A DNA stretch of 64,000 bases from Rhina ancylostomus (lineage: Eukaryota): NCBI GenBank assembly GCA_030265395.1, contig JARFYF010000063.1:87828592-87892591 (forward strand), given 5' to 3'. The translations under genes were made by a program, and so were the position numbers. Shown piece by piece: positions 56,067-64,000 of this stretch. Below the pieces are notes generated by a model that ran no database searches, had not been told where the DNA came from, and saw nothing but the letters and a program-made list of their open reading frames with translations. Every line of letters begins with the position of its first letter. The stretch's first letter is position 1.

Positions 56067-59000
56067 GGACACTGTCCAAGATTTTCAGCAGTTTCTGTTT
56101 TATTGCATAACACGTGATTGTTGTTTATTTGATTCTAAATTAATGAGTCACCTTAAAGTCTGGTCCGAACTGGAAGCAATAACTTTATATATATATTTGT
56201 CTGGCAACAAAGAAAAGCAGTCTCCTAGATTCAGCCAGTGCCATTTATCTTTCTCCAGAGGCAGAAGCTGGTCTCCACTTGAGGACTGATGGAAGCATGG
56301 ATTAATGTGTATCTGGAACAAACAAAGGAAATGACCAACAAATTAGAATGAATACTTACTTTACTCTTGATGCAAAATGGCATAACAGTAGAAACTGGCT
56401 AAATATGAACAGCAGTGTGAATTACATTAACTAGATTTCACAGTAACACTGAAATCATTATTCTTCACAATAGAATATTGGATCTTTGACAGATAAATAA
56501 TCAAAGGAAGACAACCAGAATGTGAATTACAATAAATTGGATGCATAATTTCTTGGGCTTCAAATAATTTACTTTGATCTAAAGGACAGCCTAGTAGTAC
56601 CAGCAGGTTAAAATCATAAACAAGGACAGCCTAGGAAAACTATGGAAACAAACTGGAAAGTCAGGTAACTGAATCACAGATAATATCCATTACAAAAATA
56701 TGAAACTCTCTAGTTTTGACTAAGGTTCTAACAATTTTAATTTAGTAGTATGAATAGCCAAGGCTAATCTCCAAATTTAATTTACGAATGGCATATCAAT
56801 GCATTCTTTATTGATAGAATTGTGACCACCCACTAGGCACATTTTCCACAGTACTTCAATAAACTCCAGTTCATCTCCTCACCTCACTTCCCTGCTTCAT
56901 TGCCCCCCGGATCATGCACATCAATGAAGTTCTAAGTATTCTTTGGGACTCCTTTTAGACCAACTCCTGACCACATGTCTACAGCATCCCCTTGTTGCCC
57001 TTGTCACTTCCAACATTGACAACCATTTCCTATCCATATCATGCCACTCAAAACCACCATTTCTTAATGTCTACTTAATTTTCACTTTGCAAATTGCCAT
57101 CCTATTGCTAACTTCTTTGTTTCTCCAAAATTCATTATTAAAGTAGAAGTATGAAGCAATGGAAAAACAAATACACTTTGCTGATTATAATGCAGGTGGT
57201 AGAGTGACACAGTTAGTAAGGGTTGCTGGCATATTCTCCCTGTGACTGCATGGTATTCCTTCTGGTACCCCAATTTTCTCCCACATCCCAAAGACAAGGG
57301 ATTTGGTAGGTAAACTGGCCAATGCAAATCGCCCATTACGTGTAGGTAAGTGGCAGAATCTGGGGTGAGTTGATGGGAATTGGGGAGGATAAAATGCAAT
57401 TAGTGTAAATGTGTATTTGATGATCAATGTATACTCAGTAGGCTGAAGGATCCCAGACCTGAAATGTTAACTGTTTCTTCTTTCCATAAACGTTACCTGA
57501 CCTGCTGAGTATTTCCAGTATTTTCTGTTTCAGATTTCCAGCATTTGCAGATTCACATGTCTCAGCACAAGGGGTCAGCAATTTAGGACGAAGATGAGGA
57601 GAAATTTCCTCAGAAAGTTGCGATTCTTTGAAATTGCCTACTCTGAGTGATTGCAGATGTGCAGAAAATTCAAGACTAAGATTTATTGATATTTCAGTTG
57701 TAAAATAATCAAAGGAATGAAAAAGTGGTGCTGGCAGAGAAGATCAGCCACATATCATGAAATGGAAGAGAAAGTATTCAGGTGCCTTATGGTTACTACT
57801 AAAGTTCTTCTTTTATGAAAACTGTACAAATGCTGTACGTTAAGGCTGATGTAGTACCAATTTTGCACTGAGGTAAAGCAATTATGTTTTATTTAAAGAG
57901 GATGTCTCTGAAGAGCCTCATTTCAGAGAGGTTGACCAGAATGTTGCCTGGATTGGAGAACATTATCAATAAGGAGAGGTTGGACAAACTTGGATTGGAG
58001 TGTTAGAGGCTGAGGGGTTGATAGAAGTCTATAAGATTATGAGAAGGCATTGATAGATAGTCAGAGTCCTTCTTTCCATCCCCCCCCCCCCAAGTGGAAA
58101 TGTCAAATACTAGAGGGCATGGTTTTGGGGTGAGAAGGAGAAAGTTTAAAGGAGATTTGCAAGGCAAGTTTTATTTGACAGAGTAGTAAGTACCTGGAAC
58201 ATGTGACAAGGGAAGTTGTAGTCAGATACAAAAGCAACATTTAAGCATTTAGACAGATGCATTAACATGCAAGGAACAGAGGGATATAGACCATGTGTAG
58301 GCAGATGGGATTAGTTAGATTGGCATTGTGGTCAGTGCAGACATGTTGGGCCAAAGGTCCTGTCCTGTGTTGTACTGTTCTACATTCCATAATGAGATCA
58401 CCTCTCCTTAAAATCTAGAAAATACAGGCTGAGCTGACTCAATCCTTCCTCATATTGCAAACCTNNNNNNNNNNNNNNNNNNNNNNNNNNNNNNNNNNNN
58501 NNNNNNNNNNNNNNNNNNNNNNNNNNNNNNNNNNNNNNNNNNNNNNNNNNNNNNNNNNNNNNNNCAAGATGCTGCCTGGATTAGAAGGCATGTGCTATGA
58601 GGATAGGTTGGATAAACTTGGTTTGTTCTCTTTGGAGCAATGGAGGCTGAGAGCAGATCTGATAGAGGTTTATAAGATAATGAGAGACATAGACAGACAG
58701 TCAGTATCTTTTCCCCAGGGTTGAAATATTTAATACCAGAGGGCATGCATTTAAAGCAATAGGAGGTAAGTTCAAAGGAGATGTGAGGGGCAAGTTTTTT
58801 TTACACAGAGAGTGTGAGTGCTTGGGGTGTGCTGCCTGGGGTGATGGTGGAGGCAAATACAATAGGGGTGTCAAGAAGCTCTTAGAAAGGCACATGAATG
58901 TGAGGGAAATGGTAGGATATGGACATTGTTCAGGCAGAAGGGATTAGTTTAGTTGGGCATTTTATTACTAATGTAATTGGTTCGGCACAACATTGTGGGT

Positions 59001-62000
59001 CAAAGGGCCTGTTCCTGTGCTGTCTGGTTCTATGTTTTGTGTTCTATGAATTTCTGAGTTGAATCCTTTTCCCTGTCATTGAGTCATTTAAAGGCCCAGA
59101 TTTTGTTTTAATCTGAGAACCTAAAGGGAAAGAGTGCAAAACAGGGCTAGGGTTGAAATTTTCTTTTAAATAGGCATATACTCTGAGAATGGTGTAGACT
59201 TTCTGAAATATTAATCCTCTTCCATCTTGAGCAACAGTGCACCTACATTACCAGCCATCACGAGGAGCATCTCGTCAATGGATTTGATCTCATACCCTCA
59301 TGATGAATATTCTCTTTGTTCATTCCTTGTCATATAAAAACAAGTCACATCTTCTGTTGTGCTTCATTCTCAGATTGTGGGCAGTATTAGCCAAGCTGTA
59401 TTTCTTTGCTCTTGACTTAACACTGGTGATGCTTTCAGATATCAGAAAATCCTCATTTCTGATTCAGTGATAATGATAGACTTCCCTTAGAATCCAGTGG
59501 TAGTGCACACCCTTCTACAGATTCTAAGCACTTACACTTACATTTTGTTATGTCTTACTCTGCAATTAATGTATTAATTTATCAGTAGCGTCACTTTTAT
59601 TAGGTAATCCACTAGACTACCTGAGACTTTGGATTTTGTCTTTGGATCTGGTTGTAATCCTAAAGGAGCTAGGGTTTTACTCACTGGAGAGGAGGAGGGT
59701 AAGGGGAGACATGATAGTGGTATACAAAATATTAAGAGGAATAGATAGTGAACAGCCAGCGCCTCTTTCCCAGGGCAACAATGCTCAATACAAGAGGGCA
59801 TGGCTTTAATGTAATGGGTGGGAAGTTCAAGGGAGATGTCAGAGGGAGGTTTTTCACCCAGACAGTGTTTGGTACATGGAATGTGCTGCCTGGGGTCGTG
59901 GTGGAAGCAGATACATTGGTCGAGTTCAAGAGATTGTTAGATAAGCATATGGAGGAATTTAAGATAGAGGGATAAGTGGGAGGAAGGGGTTAGATGGTCT
60001 TAGGTGTGGTTTGAAGGTCGGCACAACATGGTGGGCCAAAGGGCCTGTATTTTGCTGTATTGTTCTATGGTTCCATAGGGCTCACATATTATGAGATTAC
60101 TTCCAGAAAATAGTTTTCTACAAAGTACAACATTTGCAGGGTATTATACTGTGCAAATTGTTTGCAAACTGTTTAAATTTATGCAAACTCAACTAAATGC
60201 CCTTTATTCTGTTAGAAAAGTGCACAAGACTGTGTAACACTTGCAGGAGAACTGAATCACTCACAAGAAACTGGATATCCAGGCATAAGTACTATACATA
60301 TGTGCATGAAAAAATCTCAAAGTACCTTTCATTTTCACAATGTATTAACAGCAAAAGCCAATAGTATTGCCATCATTACTACTGTAAGATTCAGGCCATT
60401 ATCTGCTTAGTCAAAGGTAATGTTAGACTGCTGGAATGTGCAATAGAACCAAAAGAAAACAAAAAAAAGTTTTCAGTTTCCAAGAAGCACAGAGAAAGAG
60501 AGCCACTACATTTTCTGCACACATGGGATTAAATTATTTGTTATATCCATTGAGATGAATTGGTATGACAATGATTAGCTAAAGCCAAATAACACTGAAT
60601 ATTCATTATCTGTCAGACCAACATTCATGATGCAATAAGGATAAAGAGAATGATCATTAAAAAAAAATCTGGCATGGCAATAAATTTTAGCATTCAAGAT
60701 GAAAGTCAGAGCTGTTTTAGTACCTCACAGCTTGGAATCACATAACATTAATATTTCTGTTCAGAATTTTAATTAGGTCCCAAGACCATGATTCACACAA
60801 ATCACCAAATGACCAGTGGAGAACAAATGTGGATAACATGATAGCAACATTTCAGAGTCAGATATTTTAGTCCATTTCTGTAAACCTCAAGAAAAAATAT
60901 GTAAAAACACAATATATAGAAAATACAAGTTTTCAGGAGATTTGGAATGTATAAATTTAACTAAGAATAGCCAAACAATATGAATGTTTTATAAGAACCT
61001 CAAGGCTATGTGCTTCGCCCCCTGTTCTACTCTTTTTACACACATCACTGTGTGGCTAAGCACAGCTCCAATGCCATATACAAATCCGACAATGACAACA
61101 CTGTTGTTGGACAAATCATAGGTGGTGATGAGTCAGCTTACCAGAGTGAGATAAGACACCTGGTTGAGTGGTGCCGCAATAACAACCTCTCGCTCAATGT
61201 CAGTAAAACTAAAGAGGTGATTGCTGACTTCAGGAAAGGGAAAGAGGACAAACATCCACCACTCTAGATTGGGGAATCAGTGGTGAAGAGAGTCAGCAGC
61301 TTTAAGTTCCTGGGTGTTAACATATCGGATGGCCTGTCATGGGCCCCGTACATAGATGCAATCACAAGGATGGCGCGCCAGTGTCTTTTACTTTCTTAGG
61401 AGGTTAATGAGGTTCAGCTTGTCACCAAACCCTCTAACAAACTTCTACAGATGCATCATTGAAAGTATCCTGCCTAACTGCATCATGGTCTGCTATGGCA
61501 ATTCGAATGCACAATGTTAGAAGCTGCAGAGAGCAGTACATTCAGCCCAATACATCAAGGGGACATCCCTCTTCACCATCAGTAGTATCTACAGAAGGCA
61601 CTACCTCAAGAAGGCAACATCCATCAAAGATCCCTATCATCCAGGCCATGCCATCTTCTTGCAGCTACCATTGGACAGGAGGTACAGAAGCCTAAAGTCC
61701 CACATCACCTGGTTCAAGAACTACTCCCCTTTAACTTAGAGTACTGTGTTCAGTTCTGGTCACCACATTATAGGAAGGACGTGGAGGCGTTAGAGAGGGT
61801 GCAGAGGAGANNNNNNNNNNNNNNNNNNNNNNNNNNNNNNNNNNNNNNNNNNNNNNNNNNNNNNNNNNNNNNNNNNNNNNNNNNNNNNNNNNNNNNNNNN
61901 NNNNNNNNNNCTCTGCTTTCTACAGGCAAGCCAATTTTGAATCCACATGGCCAAGCCTCCCTGGATCCCATGCCCTCTGACCTTCTAAAGAAGCCTACCA

Positions 62001-63747
62001 TGTGGAACCTTGTTAATATTCAGCATCTCAGTATCCTGTTTGAGATTTCTAAATGGGACTTCACTTTTTAGTCATGGTTTGGCATTTCCAATCTGTATTT
62101 TAGTTGCAAGATTATACAATTTTTTGAGCTGATTAGGTTCATGTGAATCAATTTAAGACATTTCAATGTGCTGCAGGCCCCAATAGATGCAACTTATTCA
62201 TCATTTAAACTCTTATTGTAAATTGTGAGTTCCTGTGGTTGGGGACTGATGCATTATTGATATGTCATTTACCCTGACCCCAAATTTTGTATTTATGACC
62301 TGTAAATTCCTGAAGGTATAGTCACAGTTACTTCAAAAAGGGCATGCCACATTTCTAGCTGAAACGATGAGCAGTGTGCCAATCCAACTTTTACATGAGA
62401 TAATACTGGTGACTAGTATCTTAGGATGCTGTTGGTGATTTTGCTTTTCAGTTCAACATATTTGTGTTGAAATTTGAATGGTGCCAAAGACAGTATCTTT
62501 GGGATGATTCAGCATAGAAGTCTTTATTTACTGCTTCACCATTGATAAATATTCTAATCCGTTTTAACAAGGGATTATCAGACAAAATAAGTACACCAAG
62601 ACAAAAAAAGGAGGTAATGGCTTCGAATTTGCAACTGTAGTGAGAGAAACTATCAGTCCTTGCTATCGTTACTTTGTAAAATTGACATCAACTTCTGGCA
62701 TCCATGCTTTGGTTATGGGGGGGAAGTTCAGGGCAAATATCAGAGGGAGCTTTTTCACCCAGAGAGTGGTAGGTGCATGGAATGCGCTGCCTGGGGTGGT
62801 GGTGGAGGTGGATACATTGGACAGGTTCAAGAGGTTGTTGGATAGGCATATGGAGAAGTGTGGGAAAGAGGGATATGCGGGAGGAAAGGGTTAGATGGTG
62901 TGAGGGGTGGTTAGATGGGTGGCACAACATGGTGGACCGAAGGGCCTGTATTGTGCTGTATTGTTCTATGGTTCTATAGTAACTATGCCATTCTTGAACC
63001 AGCCAGCACTACAGTTTAGCAACGCTCTGACCACTTTGATCATTTTGCACTAAAATGGACCTTGAGTTTTTTTGTTCTAATTGTTTTCTTTCTTGTAAAA
63101 ATTGTGTATAAACTAAATTTATATTTTTCTTGTGAATGCTGCTTATGTGATGCTATGTATCTGCGATGCTGCTGCAAGTTTTTCATTGCACTTGTGCATA
63201 CATGTCCTTATGCATATGACAATAAACTCGACTTGGAAGAGCATAAAGGAATTAAAATCTCACCCAATATTTTAGTTAGTTTTATCACAAGATCATATCT
63301 ACAACAATAATGCTTTTTCCTTTTTTCAGACCAACCAGAATAACACTGAGTACCTCAAAATCAATAATCTGGAAAACAGCTCAGCTAATGCCGCCTCGAA
63401 TAAATTATGGTTTGAAAATTAATGATAATTTTACTGAAATCAACTGGATAATGTATGTTCTACTTGCTCATCCTAGCCTTAAAACCCCTAATGCCTTCAG
63501 AATTCCCATACAGATTTCCATCCATGTATCATCTCTGTATTTGGGCGGGTTTGATACTACTTTTGCTTCCAGAGATTAATACTTGGGCATTATCTGTACT
63601 CTGCCCTTTGAGCTATCAGCAAAATATTGCATTTGTAGAATATTAAGAAGTATTATTTGTCAGAAACTTCCTCACCGGTTTAATGCGCAATTTCTCATCC
63701 AGCACTTCAAGCAGGCCATGGTTTCTGGACACTCGTTTATCAGAAAC
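19752..63747 (-). CDS. APLF: APLF (aprataxin and PNKP-like factor), spliced CDS span, exons 2-10; 5'-partial (exon 1 outside window)
   Basis: Nine exons (72+161+196+130+194+386+123+47+197 = 1506 nt) join in frame through GT-AG introns of phases 0,2,0,1,0,2,2,1. Domain order FHA - Ku-binding motif - PBZ1 - PBZ2 - acidic tail is diagnostic of APLF. Confidence 0.96.
21785..21900 (-). mobile_element. Deu-SINE/L2-type 3' tail fragment
   Basis: gtgtagtcactgttgta...gcagacaaattgtgcacagcaagattccacaaac resembles the reverse complement of the tail at 14000-14148. Confidence 0.6.
23829..23875 (-). CDS. APLF: APLF exon 9 (end of PBZ2)
   Basis: cattttgaag|G AAA AAC...CCA G|gtaacg; 47 nt; KNPQHKKEYKHTRSP. 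Not in the ORF track. Confidence 0.94.
24065..24345 (+). mobile_element. V-SINE (HE1-like), decayed
   Basis: cagggttcaatctc...tatgtggagtttgcacattctc...gtaaattgtccc; same layout as the copy at 2912. Confidence 0.65.
24625..24808 (+). mobile_element. CR1 3' tail
   Basis: ggataggtacatggag...gggctgaagggcctgaattgtgctgtagtttttctatgttctatg. Confidence 0.75.
24948..25070 (-). CDS. APLF: APLF exon 8 (end of PBZ1, start of PBZ2)
   Basis: ctgcaaag|G AAG AAT...TACAG|gttggt; 123 nt; KNPVHFQEFSHPGDSDY...KPECPFGTACY(R). Confidence 0.95.
27729..28114 (-). CDS. APLF: APLF exon 7 (linker plus start of PBZ1)
   Basis: tttgtttcccag|GGC...TACAG|gtaact; 386 nt; ends KKRACVYGSNCY(R). Confidence 0.93.
28560..29700 (-). 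mobile_element. RTE-clade LINE fragment
   Basis: IITFKKRDRDKPDTDNYRGLSILSATGRITTRVVFNHLLP matches the N-terminal RT subdomain (KKG..D..NYRGISLLS..GK) of RTE elements. Confidence 0.7.
29715..29872 (+). mobile_element. Rex1/Babar-like 3' UTR running into a 600-N gap
   Basis: agactattgaatggttccc...cctcacaatctacctc...ctgcaatgcacttccctgtagctgtgacac; shared tail. Confidence 0.7.
31142..31335 (-). CDS. APLF: APLF exon 6 (basic, RG-rich linker)
   Basis: ttgcttcag|GT AAA...AAG|gtaaga; 194 nt, phase 1/0 fits its neighbours; GKGRGRGRGRNDAE...KPTLSK. Confidence 0.88.
31565..31735. repeat. Inverted pair of Penelope termini (fold-back element)
   Basis: Left arm cagaaaatgctgcaaacactca...ttttcaggtc and right arm gcctgaaatgttaac...tatttccagcattttct are imperfect reverse complements. 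Confidence 0.6.
33735..34370 (-). mobile_element. CR1 LINE 3' portion (internally deleted)
   Basis: Reverse complement of the subfamily at 15475-15995 (tttcctatccat...gatcacccctcattctcc...gaacacaatattccaaatgtggcct). Confidence 0.8.
35072..35390 (-). mobile_element. CR1 3' tail
   Basis: acagtacagcacagtacaggcgcttcggccca...tctgtataaaacctacctgacatt. Confidence 0.7.
37882..38026 (+). repeat. Tandem duplication with about 78-bp period inside the Penelope element
   Basis: ggatcacccctgtggactgagggca(a/g)gtgcttcacaaagagataaccca(g/a)tctgtgtttg occurs twice with few mismatches. Confidence 0.9.
38205..38855 (+). mobile_element. Rex1/Babar-like LINE 3' portion nested in the Penelope element
   Basis: LILTNFYQCTTESILSRCNTAWYGNCSARDHK / TAQHIV...KAANVIKDPSHPGHSLFSPLPLG; tail aataataaaccaattt. 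Confidence 0.85.
40195..40390 (+). mobile_element. SINE fragment (same family as 53130-53415)
   Basis: aaaaccatctggtgcaccaatgtcctttaagaaaggcaatt...ggataacaaatgcc. Confidence 0.55.
45290..47570 (+). mobile_element. RTE-clade LINE, decayed, interrupted by a Rex1-like insertion
   Basis: Remnants such as IVAIFEKGDKFD*CNYRWVSLL and LQRAGHIILIVDTRLPQQ...GGKSKRCKDILK (RTE C-terminal RWxGH..RLPK..GG.KR.KD pattern). Confidence 0.8.
45583..45922 (-). mobile_element. Rex1/Babar-like 3' end nested in RTE
   Basis: Reverse complement of the shared tail (aattggtttat...tcacatgtacc...gtgggatagaagctgtc...cttctgcccgatgggag). Confidence 0.85.
49510..49639 (-). CDS. APLF: APLF exon 5 (Ku80-binding motif)
   Basis: ttcttacag|TCA...CAAG|gtagga; 130 nt; contains RKRILPAWML, the APLF-type KBM (R-x-L-P-x-W). 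Confidence 0.94.
50505..51200 (-). mobile_element. Decayed CR1 fragments around a small gap
   Basis: gctgctccat...aataagatcatgg...gtgaagaaatt; tcaaaagccttctgaa (reverse of the RT motif FQKAFD). Confidence 0.6.
51560..53060 (+). mobile_element. L2-type LINE 3' portion split by a CR1 insertion
   Basis: ccactccaatgctc...ctcatccagaactctgctg...ggccttgccacattctccctctgtaa, resuming after 52813 with cct...accattggtagctgtgctttcag...gtgccttgggatatttt. Confidence 0.65.
51950..52813 (+). mobile_element. CR1 element retaining 5' UTR, ORF1 start and 3' tail; interior hidden in a gap
   Basis: MEDKVICCNCLMWE...HICSKCLRPGELRLRVDELESQ resembles the CR1 ORF1 CxxC..CxxC finger plus coiled coil. The CR1 tail follows the gap. 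GTAA flanks both ends. Confidence 0.8.
53130..53415 (+). mobile_element. tRNA-derived SINE, decayed
   Basis: gtggttactttactagactattact...gaatttaaattcagtt...aaaacccatctg...gcacaataaatcctgggcttgc...atatgaattaataaa. Confidence 0.55.
53565..53760 (-). CDS. APLF: APLF exon 4 (disordered linker)
   Basis: attgcag|A AAC AGT...ATG|gtatta; 196 nt, phase 2/0 fits exons 3 and 5; (R)NSDLSSFEDD...HNILENM. Confidence 0.85.
54380..54770 (-). mobile_element. L2-type LINE internal fragment
   Basis: Minus-strand remnant ...SPSPHYPHL...LRSVWHQSNLTHPQ resembles the L2 ORF2 endonuclease-RT linker. Confidence 0.45.
55128..55380. repeat. Fold-back (inverted) Penelope-terminus element spanning a gap
   Basis: tggagcaacacacacaaaatgctggaggaactcagcaggtcagg pairs with cctgacatgctaagttcctccagcattttatgttgctcca. 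Confidence 0.75.
56034..56064 (+). repeat. (TC)n microsatellite inside a Penelope terminal fragment
   Basis: About 15 TC units between ...cacgtcaactttg and acggacactg...ttcagcagtttctgttt. Confidence 0.9.
56152..56312 (-). CDS. APLF: APLF exon 3 (FHA domain, C-terminal part)
   Basis: ttgttccag|ATA...TTAAG|gtgact; 161 nt; IHINPCFHQSSSGDQLLPLEKDKWHWLNLGDCFSLLPDKYIYKVIASSSDQTL(R), matching the APLF IHxNPCF...GDxFSLL pattern. Confidence 0.95.
57190..57552 (+). mobile_element. V-SINE fused to a Penelope terminal fragment
   Basis: V-SINE body (ccacatcccaaagac...) ends in ggctgaagg and continues directly into atcccagacctgaaatgttaactg...tttccagcatttgcag. Confidence 0.7.
57560..57810 (+). mobile_element. 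Decayed CR1 3' end
   Basis: aaggggtcagcaatttaggacgaagatgaggagaaatttc...agatcagcca. Confidence 0.55.
57920..58392 (+). mobile_element. CR1 3' end
   Basis: gagaggttgaccagaatgttgcctggattggag...gggccaaaggtcctgtcctgtgttgtactgttcta. Confidence 0.85.
58565..59048 (+). mobile_element. CR1 3' end
   Basis: MLPGLEGMCYEDRLDKLGLFSLEQWRLRADLIEVYKIM; tail ttctatgttttgtgttctatg. Confidence 0.9.
59695..60075 (+). mobile_element. CR1 3' end (younger subfamily)
   Basis: NTRGHGFNVMGGKFKGDVRGRFFTQTVFGTWNVLPGVVVEADTLVEFKRLLDKHM. Confidence 0.9.
61003..61727 (+). mobile_element. Rex1/Babar-like LINE RT C-terminal half
   Basis: LRPLFYSFYTHHC...KSDNDNTVVG (degenerate FADD)...WCRNNNLSLNVSKTKEVIADFRK. Confidence 0.88.
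61738..62012. mobile_element. Two convergent CR1 fragments either side of a gap
   Basis: Plus-strand LEYCVQFWSPHYRKDVEALERVQRR before the gap; a minus-strand CR1 RT piece after it. Confidence 0.7.
62700..62978 (+). mobile_element. CR1 3' end (younger subfamily)
   Basis: GGKFRANIRGSFFTQRVVGAWNALPGVVVEVDTLDRFKRLLDRHM; tail near-identical to those at 52780-52813 and 60030-60075. Confidence 0.9.
63020..63235 (+). mobile_element. Rex1-like LINE 3' UTR (second subfamily)
   Basis: gatgctgctgcaagtttttcattgcac...gcatatgacaataaactcgacttg. Confidence 0.55.
63676..63747 (-). CDS. APLF: APLF exon 2 (FHA domain)
   Basis: ctttag|GTT...CCG|gtgagg; 72 nt; translates VSDKRVSRNHGLLEVLDEKLRIKP with the FHA SRxH motif. 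Not in the ORF track. Confidence 0.95.
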
Positions 63748-64000
63748 CTAAAGAATTCATTCGAAAAAAAAAGTTAAATCACTGGTATGAATTTTTGGAT
63801 GAGAAAATCCAAATTACAAAAATGTCCCAAATGCAAATTGTTAAGAGCTCTGCAGTTAGTGGGAATGGAATCAAGAGAACAGGAGGTGAGTCTCACAGAG
63901 AAATTAGATTAGCACAGGACAAGTGTAAATAGGTGCTTTACAATTGATTCAGCCTGGGTGAACCAAAAGGCCTGTTGCCATGCTGTATGACACTCTAACT

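Noticed and set aside
1-64000. CRISPR arrays, operons, tRNA/rRNA genes, endogenous viral ORFs
   Set aside because: None seen. This is eukaryotic intron and intergenic DNA, and the tRNA-like B-boxes belong to SINE heads.

Overview
This is AT-rich, repeat-rich vertebrate genomic DNA. The repeat complement (V-SINE/HE1-like, Deu-SINE, CR1, Rex1/Babar-like, RTE, L2, Penelope) points to a cartilaginous fish, probably a ray or shark; the taxon is an inference. The one protein-coding gene I can support is APLF (aprataxin and PNKP-like factor, a DNA-repair scaffold and histone chaperone) on the minus strand. Coding exons 2-10 were reconstructed by hand: 63747-63676, 56312-56152, 53760-53565, 49639-49510, 31335-31142, 28114-27729, 25070-24948, 23875-23829, 19948-19752. 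All introns are GT-AG with compatible phases, giving 1506 nt (501 aa plus stop); exon 1 lies beyond the right edge. The FHA domain, Ku-binding motif, two PBZ zinc fingers and acidic tail are all recognisable. The rest is introns and intergenic DNA full of decayed, often nested retroelements, plus several assembly gaps. I found no convincing new multi-gene system. The best leads are three APLF motif changes (Y476-equivalent to Leu, loss of the ATM SQ site, an RG repeat), decayed hammerhead-ribozyme cores in Penelope termini including fold-back derivatives, and a speculative alternative exon pair in intron 5. Repeat boundaries are approximate and family calls are by eye.
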